Positions 1 to 10,150 of a DNA stretch of 64,000 nt are shown piece after piece. Position numbers and translations under genes: made by a program. Position 1 is the first letter of the stretch; each line of letters opens with the position of its first letter. The notes under the pieces are model-generated. The model did no database searches and had not been told where the DNA came from. It worked only from the letters and a program-made list of their open reading frames with translations. The DNA comes from Utricularia gibba (taxonomy: Eukaryota > Plantae > Magnoliophyta): the NCBI GenBank assembly GCA_002189035.1, contig CM007990.1:4836001-4900000 (forward strand), written 5' to 3'.

Positions 1-419
1 TCGCCAGGCTGGAGATGTGGGCCCCGCATCCGTAACGCGATTGGGTTTGGAAAACACTGTTCAAGAATTTAATAATAATCGATTAATACGACACCGTTTA
101 CTTAAAAAAAATTAAAAAACACAGGATTTTCAAATAAAACAACAATAAAAGCTAGAAACTTTTATCAAAATCAATCGAAACCGAGTAACATTGGATTCAT
201 TGTAATCCATTGCTTTGGTAAGAACGTCACGTTGTCCACAAGGTTTGGGACCAATATCATGATCGATAGAACTACTACAATTCAATTAATCAGTAATCTT
301 AACCTGAGTCATATTTAGTTTTAGATTATGTTACTAGAAAATTGTAATAGTAGTTTGATATGTATATTAGCGTTATATATTATAACAATCATATATTTAT
401 TTTTTGAGCATATAAAATG

Positions 420-423
<4 letters not shown>

Positions 424-455
<32 letters not shown>
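424..455. repeat. (AT)n microsatellite
   Basis: About 16 consecutive TA dinucleotides. Confidence 0.9.
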
Positions 456-457
<2 letters not shown>

Positions 458-3137
458 TTCACATATTTAGATTTATATTGTCGTATATCAAACATTTTAT
501 AAATTAAGTATATAATATCTAATACAAATACGATAATATATTGGTTCATGGTGGGTGATTTTTGTTATGGAGTATGGTTACGTATCAAAAATATGCTGGA
601 GAGTAGCTAATTGGGCTTGAGTTCTTGATGGGCGTAAAGGTCCCTCATCGACTGGGGCGTGACGGGCATGCTCATCATGTATGTCTCTGTTCATGGGATG
701 CGCACCCACGAATTGAATCTAATCTAACCTTCGCATCAAGTACTCTTGGGAGTTGGGACTCTACAAGCATCAATAATCTTTCGGTCTGTCTGAAAGAAAA
801 AAGTGAGTGTCTCTGGAGAATCTTATATGTGAATGTTGTTGCATGCTATCTGGCTGATGATGACCAAAAGGAAAAGGTGACGACACAGTCTTTCATCTCC
901 CACAATGTCGCGCTTTTGGCAGAGAGGCTCGACCCACCCACCCACCACCACCACTATCTCATTCCCTTTCTTCACCTCTGCTGCCGTTCATTGGACTAGT
1001 AATTGATGATGCTCGAACAGAATAGAGCAGAAGAGGAGGAGGGACTGACAGACGTCTTCGCCTGTTTTCGCAGAGCAGGCTTGGAGAGCGTTTATTCGCA
1101 CAACACAACACTAGAAAGGCTGCTTGTCCAAAAGGAGGAAGAGAGGAAGGAGGGGACAGTTGGGGTCCTACAGCGTATCCCACTGGGCGCCATCTCCAGC
1201 GCAGAGGATGGATATTCCAAACCAGGATCGATAACTTGCCCTCCCACGATGATTAATTGTGATCATTCTCTGGTTTGTTGCATTGAACTTGATCCTTATC
1301 TCCTAATCCTCCTTGTTGCTTTTCTCCCGACGCAAATGGAGGGCACGGAAGGGACCCACGTCCCATGTGAAGTGCTTCTAATATCAGAATCAACCCACAA
1401 TACAGACGCTCCTGTCGCCCACTCCATTATTAATCAAAATCAAAAGGTGATTGTCATCATCTTTTTTCTTCAACTACCGCCCTTGACTACTCCAAAACTG
1501 GGGTTACATTAATCAAGGACTTGATTATCACCTCCGTCCGTAAATTTATTTGTTGGGAAGAGGAGGAAAAACCCAGAGAACACAATCATTTACAGTGCAG
1601 TGCTGAAAGAGTGCCGACGCTGCGCAGTATATAGAATTACAAGAAGAGAAATGGGTCAGAGGGAGATTGAAGATATGCAGCAGCAGGTCCCAGAAATGAA
1701 TGATCTTGTCTCTCTCTTTTCACAGTGGCAACCGCAAATCCGGCATTTGCTATAATAACCACCATCTGGTGATTTTTCGTCAACTGTCTAGACAACAACC
1801 GTTGAAACCACGAGTATATTGCATTAAAAACACAAGTACTACAACCAAAATCCTTGCTCCATTTTTCAAGTCATGCTTGATACGTTAAAGTTATTAAATA
1901 AATAATTTATCATCGATAAATTAAAATAAACTATTCAAGTATTTAAAAAATTATAAATTATAATCTATATTATTTGTATATTTTAACTTCAAATGTGATC
2001 GTATGATTCATTAGATCTTTAATTTTAATATAAATAATTTATCATACATATATACAATATACATTACAACACAACATTATGGTTCTCTAATGCACCTTTT
2101 GATAAGATACATGTGCAAAAATAGTTTCGTGTTCCAGAGAGATCTTCTTCCTTGTATTTTTATACCGTTTGTATCTATAAAATCGTGTTTGGTATAATTT
2201 TATTTTTTAATTTTTATAGTCAATTGTCGAAAAATAATCTTAATTAAACATAATCAAACACATGTTAGATCATTAAAAAAAGGCACTGTTATTGAATCAA
2301 CGAACGCGGGCCCCACACATTTACACTCCAGGGGTCCAATTAAATGAAAATTAAAAAAAATTAGCTCCACGGTTATGCCCGATAAGGGAAGGGAGCGCAC
2401 CGACGGACAGAACCTACCGTACCTAACCTACCCATACCCATCTTTACTGGCCGCCGATTTAGAAAATTGGCCACGTTTTATTTTATTTAGCCTATGAAAA
2501 ATAAATTCAGGTGGATCCATTTTCTAAGTCCCAAATTTGGTCACGTGTTAATGTAACTTTACAACATAAAGAAAAACTAAAGTTGATCATTTTTTTAAAC
2601 CCTCCTTAATTTCCCAACTTTTCTTTTTTCATAATTTCAATTTGCCATTTGATCAAAATATGTTTAATTTATTTATCTCTCATAAAATAATATGTTATTA
2701 ATGCCATTTGTGGATAATCTGACGTGTAATGTTCCATTATGATTTTCTTATGTACATTTGGAATTTAAAACTCTATTTGTGGATAATGTGATATATGATG
2801 TCCTTTATGCAGCAAACATATTACTAAATCTTGCTAGCCAAATGGTGGTGGTGCTATTTAGATTCGAAAGAATGATTTAGGTTTCTAATTTCATTGAAAT
2901 AAATAATGTGAACTATTTTTGCTCAATTTTTAAATAGTGAAGATCAATTATAAATGATATTAAACAATATTCTATGATGACATCTTGTATTGATTAGAAA
3001 TGAAAAAATAAATATTATTAAATAATAGCATATTCCTAATCTTATGTAAATCTTTTACTTAAAAAAACATAAAATCGTGATTATTGAATACTCGAATTAA
3101 ATGATACCGTGCAAAACGAGCTTGTATCATGATAATA

Positions 3138-3350
3138 GGAGCCGTAGGAACCATGTAAAAGTACATAAATTTTTACTTGTTCCAAATTTTTTGAGGTAAT
3201 TCTAAACTATAACTAGTACAAAAGAAAAAAAAATCATTTTTTACTAATAATAATAATAAAATATCCAAATAATTTCGGGAGGATGACCACATGGCTTTGT
3301 ATTTTCCTCGTTCATGATGATATTTATTGAATAGGCGCCCTACCGGCTCC
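3138..3350. mobile_element. Small MITE, Tourist/PIF-Harbinger-like
   Basis: Imperfect terminal inverted repeats ggagccgtagg / cctaccggctcc, flanked by ATA on both sides (3135-3137, 3351-3353); AT-rich interior. Confidence 0.45.
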
Positions 3351-3770
3351 ATATGGATGTCGCCATCAGACAATAATATCCCTTATTTTACTTACTACAA
3401 ACAGATAAAAATACAAAGTTTAATGAAGATACTGATAAAAGTAGTTGCCACTCTCCATCTAGCACCCTATAAAAATATCTAATTTTTGCATAAAATAAAA
3501 ACTATATATTAAAAATATCGTACGCAGAGATTTTTGTGGCATCGGCGCCATTTAATTATTTTGTAATAAAACAGTTTTTTATTTAAATGAATAGTCTTTT
3601 GCAGTAAATACTAATTAAAAAATAAATAATTTTGAAAAAGATATTTGATGAGATTCAGAGGAGGGGCAGGGGTGATATTTAATTTTTTAATATTTTTTTA
3701 TTATAAAAAATATCAAATGAATTATATTTAAATTATAATTCGATTAATAAATTCTTAACTGGCGTTCCAC

Positions 3771-3778
3771 TATAAAAA
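3771..3778 (+). promoter_or_regulatory. TATA box of BURP gene A
   Basis: TATAAAAA about 60 nt upstream of ATG 3833. Confidence 0.55.
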
Positions 3779-3832
3779 GAAGGGTGGTTTGTAGGAAATG
3801 CATCAACGGTTTCTCTTCTTCTGAAAGCGAAA

Positions 3833-5803
3833 ATGGGGATCGTTTCCTACGCGGCGTCGGCTTCATCTCCGGCCCGTCGGCTCTTGTGCTTCCTTTTCAT
3901 CGCTTGCATTTCGATTTCCGAGGTTAGCAACGGAATTAAGTTCGGTATCCGGAATGAATCCTCACTGATTTCTGTGTGGCTTGCTGCAGGTATCCGGTGG
4001 AAGACGCCTGGCGGATTCAAATCCGTTCACACCCAGAGGTTATCTGCTACGGTATTGGGAGAAACGGATTGCCAATGATTTACCGAAACCGGCGCTTCTG
4101 ATTGACAAGGCGTCGCCGCTGACGGCGGCGCAGTACGCCGCCTTCAGTAAAATCGCTGGCGATAGGAACGCGCTTTCGGCGCAATTGCCGGAATTCTGTG
4201 CACGAGCGAAGCTCTTGTGTTTCCCTGATCTGTCGCCGAGTTTGGCGAAGCATGATACCGATGTTAATTTCGCGAGTTATACGGAACAGAACTTCACCAG
4301 CTACGGGGATGGCCGCGTAAAAGGAGCCGATGCTTTCCAGAAATACTCTGAAAACGGTAACGTGGTTGTGAATACTTTCCGGCGCTACAGTCGCGACTCC
4401 ACCGACCACAACGATGGTTTTGTGGCCTACGCCACTGGTTCCAACGTCGTGGACCAGAACTTCAACACCTACGGAACCAGCGCCGGCGGGGGTGAGGGCC
4501 AATTCAGTAATTACGGCAAGCAAACGAACAACCCCAATCTCAGATTCGCATCCTATTCCGATGGAGGCAATGACCGGGATCAACAATTCACCTCCTATTC
4601 CGACGAAGCCAACGCCGGAGACCAGACATTCGCTAGCTACGGGAAGAAGGGTAGCGACATCGACAACACATTCACAAGCTACGGAGGTGGATTATCCAAC
4701 GTAATCGGCAGCAATTTCAGGAACTACGGGGAGCATGGTAAAGAAGCAAATGATACATTCACCTCTTACGGGGACGACGGCAACGTGCCGCAGAATAATT
4801 TCCGCAACTACGGCACCGGCGGAAGCGGTGCTTCAGATACTTTCAAAAGTTACAGAAATCAATCCAACGTCGGGGATGACAGTTTCGAATCCTACGGCAA
4901 GGGATCTAGCAGCTCGGAGTTGGGATTCGTGAATTACGGCCAAAGTTTCAACGAGGGCACCGACAAATTCACCGGCTACGGCAAAGGCGCCAAGGCCACA
5001 ACCGTCGATTTCAAGATATACGGTGTGAACAACACGTTCAAAGAGTACGACAAGGCCACCCCCACCACATTCTCCAGTTACCGCAACGACAGCTCACCTC
5101 CGGCAGCATCCGTGGACGCAACAAAGGTAAGCAAATGGGTGGAACCGGGGAAATTCTTCAGGGAGGCGATGCTGAAAGAGGGCACTCTAATGCCGATGCC
5201 GGACATCCGAGACAAGATGCCGAAAAGATCATTCTTGCCGCGCGGCATCGTCTCGAAGCTGCCGTTTTCATCCTCAAAGATGCACGAGATCAAGAAGATT
5301 TTCCATGCAGGGGAGGAATCAAGCATTTCTAAAATGGCCGTCGATGCGCTGCACGACTGCGAACGCGCCCCGAGTGCGGGTGAAACGAAGCGGTGCGTGG
5401 CGTCCATCGAGGACATGATCGACTTCGCGACGTCCGTGTTGGGCCGGAGCGTGACGGTACGCTCCACCGACACAACCGCCGGCGCCAACTCTCAAGTCTT
5501 ACTGGCGAAGTAAAAGGGATCAACGGTGGCAACGTCACGATGTCGGTGTCGTGCCACCAAAGCCTGTATCCGTACATGCTCTACTACTGCCATTCGGTTC
5601 CCAAGGTCCGGGTCTACGAAGCGGATATCCTGGACCCGAACACCCGGTCCAAGATCAACCACGGCGTGGCTATTTGCCACCTGGACACCTCCTCATGGAG
5701 CCCAGATCATGGGGCCTTCATCGCCTTGGGCCCCAGCCCGGGTAAGATCGAAGTGTGTCATTGGATCTTCGAGAACGATATGACATGGGTCGTCGCGGAT
5801 TAA
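3833..5803 (+). CDS. BURP copy A: canonical polygalacturonase-1 non-catalytic beta subunit-like protein (about 634 aa if the frameshift is repaired)
   Basis: Exons 3833-3922 (signal peptide) and 3990-5803, GT-AG intron. Long array of ~14-aa FxxY repeats (FASY, FTSY, FQKY, FRRY, FNTY...), then WVEPGKFFRE and a BURP domain with CH-x10-CH-x27-CH-x25-CH-x8-W. A 1-nt deletion at ~5504 (ctggcgaag versus expected ctgggcgaa) shifts the frame before the CH motifs. Confidence 0.9.
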
Positions 5804-6261
5804 ATGGGCCGGCCCGATGAACCCGGCCCAAACTTATTTCCCCTGGTGTGTGCGTGTGCGTGTGTTAATAGCACAAGGTATGGTATGGACTTATATGGTC
5901 GGTTTACCTCTATGAAATATCACAATCATGTCCCAAAAGGCCACGTGCTCCCCTTCTGGTCAAACCCTAATGAAAAATATAATAATACTTATAAATGGGA
6001 TAACATTAGATTTTTAAATTATATGTTATTTAAATAGACTTTGCTTTCATTCATTTTTGAATTTTTTTTTCTCTATTTTTGTGTCATCTCGAGTTGTCAT
6101 GTCTTATGTATCTTGGACCTTGGATATGGGCCAGGACAAAACATAACATGTACGAAGGGATAAAACTCATCTCATCAAAACATTAACATGACAAAAAACT
6201 CAGATTACAGTAAAGGAGGAAAGGGGGGGTTCAAGTGAAGATTTTTTGTAGAAAACAAAAA

Positions 6262-6750
6262 TGGCCTGCCTCCCCATGGAAACTTCTTAAGGTAACGCAG
6301 ATTCATCTTTGAATTGAAGCTTTTTTTTTTCCTTTTTAATAAAACTGAATCCAATTGCAGGTGACTTGGGATGTGCCCGATTTTCTACAGAACGTGGATC
6401 GCGTCAATCCATGGCAAGTTGAACTCGTACTCGATCCACTCATCGCTCACTTCCCTCATTCTCATCTTCCTTCAGTGTTGAAGCGCCCCCGGTTCCTCGA
6501 TCCTCCACTTGACTTCCCTCTTCACCTTCCTATGCTCATCGACAATCCTGAGCCCCAGCAACCCCCTGTGTTGCTTCGCGGGCCATTTAGAAAAGTGGCT
6601 ATCCTGCCCACCTCTCTCACACTAAGTCAAAAATTTTATACGTAGGATGATCACTTTTCTCACATAGTGAATGACAGTGGCCACTTTTCTAAATCACAGG
6701 TTGCTTCGCAGATAACATTTCTGCTGCCGGCGTTCCGAGACCCAGGCTTC
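6262..6750 (+). pseudogene. Fragment of an ARF10/16/17-clade auxin response factor with its intron, a MITE insertion and a degenerate miR160 site
   Basis: WPASPWKLLK | GT intron 6292-6360 AG | VTWDVPDFLQNVDRVNPWQVELV matches the ARF16-type WPNSPWRLLQ|VTWDEPDLLQNVKRVSPWLVELV. After removing the 6580-6709 insert and one frameshift (~6550) it continues SNPLCCFADNISAAGVPRPR (cf. PLCCLSDNxPAGIQGARH). Confidence 0.85.
6580..6699. mobile_element. Mutator-like MITE (~120 bp) inserted in the ARF fragment
   Basis: Inverted repeats atttagaaaagtggc / gccacttttctaaat; 10-bp direct repeat gttgcttcgc at 6570-6579 and 6700-6709. Confidence 0.75.
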
Positions 6751-7339
6751 TCCGCCGAGTTTTTTTAAAAAATACCCACTGTATTATTAAGGTATGAGAA
6801 ATCTACCCACATTCCTCTATATATTTTTTTGTACATGCTGTGTATGAGATAAAGTGAGGGTGGTTAGATTTACCCCTCCCGTTCCCACGCGTAAAATGCA
6901 ACGATTCCCATTACGGGTTAATGGGTCGAACCCGTACCCATCCACCTCTACTCGTACCGAGTCAATGGGTGTCTGCTGTCGCACGTGCTCAAAGGTTATT
7001 TATTAATTATTGCCCATGTGAGTGAATTATTATTCCCGACGTTGATAGTATCTATCCATCCTTCCTTCATCCGTGCGTTCAATTTTCACTGATCGGAATC
7101 AACTCCGCCGGAGACGTCGGGATCCACGCCACAAAACTGCTCTGTCGGGAGGAAAACAGGATTCCAATTCCCACAATCTGATGAAAAAACCAGAACGACA
7201 ACTTCAGAAACGAAAAGAAAGAAAGACAACAGCGCGGGGTGAGGGGGAAGAAGATAGACCCGACGACACCTCACTGAACAAGTAATTACCTATCAGCTGT
7301 GATGGGTGGAAATCCTTTCGTTCGAATTTGGGCCCGGGA

Positions 7340-7530
7340 GATCAATTCGGATTCTTGGATTCTAATGGTGACGAGGGTATGCAGCCAAAGTTTTGAATGA
7401 TATCAATTCCGGTTCTTGGATTCTAATGGTGGCGGGCGGGGGTATGCAGCCAAAGTGTTGGATGATATCAATTCCGGTTCTTGGATTCTAATGGTGGCGG
7501 GCGGGGGGTATGCAGCCAAAGTGTTGGATG
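7340..7530. repeat. Minisatellite, about 3 copies of a ~60-65 bp unit
   Basis: gatatcaattccggttcttggattctaatggtggcgggcggggg(g)tatgcagccaaagtgttggat present twice almost perfectly, plus a diverged first copy. Confidence 0.85.
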
Positions 7531-8619
7531 GGGTGTCGTTCTTCTCCTACAGGAATCGATTTCATTTCTTGCGTTTTTTAGGGTTTACGGTTGATTTTCT
7601 GAGTTTTTTTTATTACGACTAGACATAAATGACATTTAAATTGTAATTTTTTATTTTTAAAAAAGTTGTAAAACTTAAATTTTTACATTTAATATGTATT
7701 AAAGCATCTTTATTTATTTTTGTAAATATTGATGTGATTTTTTCGAAAATAGGGCAAATGTTTTCGTAAATAAGTAAATTTGTTTCTTATTTTTTTTAGA
7801 AACGAAAATAATAAAACCTGATTTCATTCCTAAAATAGCTTAAAATGTAGCTTATAATATTTATTTTAATATTATTTTAATATTATGATTTCCGAAAATA
7901 AATACAAACGTAATAGAAACTTAATTACTCAATTTTCGGAAATGCCAATGTCAGCATTTCCAAAAATAAGTAAAGATACTCTTATCAAAAACGATTTTCT
8001 AAAAGACATATCATCAAATAGTAATTAATTTACATAAAAATAACTAGTTTAAAAATAAATATTTGTGTGTTCATATAGAATATTATTAAAATATTATAAT
8101 AAAGAATTGAATAAAAAATATTTTGAAATAAAAAAATGATATTGTATTTCATCATTAACGAAAAATCTAATTAATTAATTCAATATTAATATGTACTATT
8201 AAGTTGAATATTTTATTTTGAAGGAAAAGTTATTATATTGAAAATTCTTAAAAGTAATGTGAAATAATAAATTTTAAAATTTTTTAATATAATATAAAAC
8301 AGTGTTAATGTAAAATTTTTGAACTTTATTTCTATTTTTTAAAAATAAAAATAATTTTGTTATAGAACAATAACAATTTTAAAAGAAATTATATCAAAAA
8401 ATACTTTTGAAATTATATTACAAAAGTTAATTTTAAAAAATAATTAATAATTTACTTTTAATTATCATTTCTATTTTTAAAAAATAGTTTTAAAAAAGTA
8501 AAAATAAATTCTAAAGATTTTAGAACACTACTTAATGTATATATAAGATGGTATCTTTGGGTCTGGCGGGTTGGAAAACACGTGCTAAAAGTTGTGTGTG
8601 TGTGTTGTGTACAAGAGAA

Positions 8620-8990
8620 ACGTAAGGCTCTCCTCCTCCGTGAGCTTGAGAGAGGAGAAGCAGGTTGGCTCGTCACGAGATAGGATTGCAGATTCCGTCG
8701 TGTTGCTCTTTTCCAATAGGCAGGCAGGGCCCACTCCCCACATGATCACCGATCAAAGACCACACATTTCGAAATATCTGTGTGCGAGTTCACTGCATCG
8801 TAAAAATGGGTATGCAGACACGACAAACGGATTCTCAGTATTAGCTACAGGTCTCGAAGCATTGGCACCTACAGCAGGTTCATTTCATTCCAATTTCCAT
8901 GCCCTGCATCAGATTTCGCCGGAGAGAATGCTATGATAGGGATTGTAGAGGAAACCAATCCCGGAGACTGAGTTTCTTTGAATACCAACA
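8620..8990 (+). repeat. Module X: GC-richer intergenic repeat, possible decayed Cys/His-rich DC1-like gene relic
   Basis: Homologous blocks at 14610-14870, 14960-15360, 22640-22935 and 33390-33760 (shared gagaagcaggttggct...gagatgggattgcagcttccgtcgtgttg). Repeat status is certain; the DC1 reading is tentative. Confidence 0.6.
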
Positions 8991-9619
8991 GCCAAAAACG
9001 ATCAAAGTCTCAGTATATGTTAATGGATTTCTTAATCCCTCAGGATTTAATAGATCTGTCAAGAACATGGTTGAATACGTACCCATCTAACCCTGATTGA
9101 CTTTCGAAATCGGATTTACACCCCCTGTATGCGTAGCCTTTTGGGTTCTAAAAGCCTAATCCCAATCTAACAAATTAGACGGTAGTTTGTGACTTATTTT
9201 ACTTATGACATAAAGTAAAGTTATTGTTTTACATAATACCTCTAACTTTTATTAAACATAACTTCTAATTCTACTTTTATTTATTCTTAACTTATTTCAA
9301 TTTTAACTATATCTATTACTTATCACATAAGTTGATAAAATGTGATTTATTTAATAATTAATTTAATTAATTTTAAATAGACTACTTTTACTTATTTTGT
9401 ATATATTCGTACAATAACTTCTACTTATGAATTAAATAGAATTTATTAATTAAGTTGCATACACTACACACTTAGACTCTATGTGTACGTGATACTATTT
9501 CATCGTCAAGTGATAAATGAAGTTTCATTTTATATAAACTAGTTAAAATAAATTTCAATTAATAATATGAAATTTTACGCATCTTCTAGTATACCATATT
9601 TCCAACAATAACAACTAGA

Positions 9620-10000
9620 AAGAAGAAATGATGCATCCACCTTCAACTGGTGCAGTTGCTAAAGCTCTTGCCTTGGGTCACAATAAAAAAGTCCTTTCAT
9701 TCATAGAAGTTAACTCGAATGGGACCCCAGTTCAATAATGGCGGCGTTCTCCTTGCCTCAGTGTCAGGCATCCTTCCATTCATGTGCATTCAGTTTACAT
9801 ACATTCAAGCTACAGAGTTGCTGTGTGGAGAATAGCACTTGGACATTTCAATGCCTGTGTCTTCGCTCGAATGACATTTTCCATAGTGGAATCTGATGTT
9901 GATGATAAACACCAGCACTTCCAGCATCAACATCAGCTGCATATCGCGGAACATGGCTCAGGATACATGTATTCTTGCATGTTCAGTTTCTTGATTTTCT
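9620..10000 (+). repeat. Module Y: repeat directly upstream of BURP B/C/D/F promoters, possible DC1-like relic
   Basis: Homologous blocks at 15880-16290, 18700-19060, 26420-26480 and 34170-34270. One frame reads KHQHFQHQHQLHI...GYMYSC. Confidence 0.55.
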
Positions 10001-10150
10001 TCAATAATTGATGGGTAACCAATCACATGTCCATTTCTCCATGCAATGCACTCAGCCGCCACTGCCTGCCCAATGACACTATAAAGGAAGCTGCTTCGTT
10101 TCAGTTCCTGCATCCTCACTTGGTTCCCCTTCTCTTCTCTACAATCGGCC

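Noticed and set aside
810-850. gagaatctta...gttgcat, loosely similar to miR172
   Set aside because: Too many mismatches and no complementary arm.
625-1512. ORFs of 124 aa and 169 aa on +
   Set aside because: Non-ATG or weak starts, no recognisable domain, composition typical of UTR/regulatory DNA.
4080-5577. Antisense and alternate-frame ORFs over the BURP genes (also at 12.1-12.7, 17.3-18.3, 19.6-20.6, 25.4-26.1, 35.0-35.7, 38.2-38.9 and 40.2-40.7 kb)
   Set aside because: Shadows of GC3-rich coding sequence; they recur only because the genes are duplicated.
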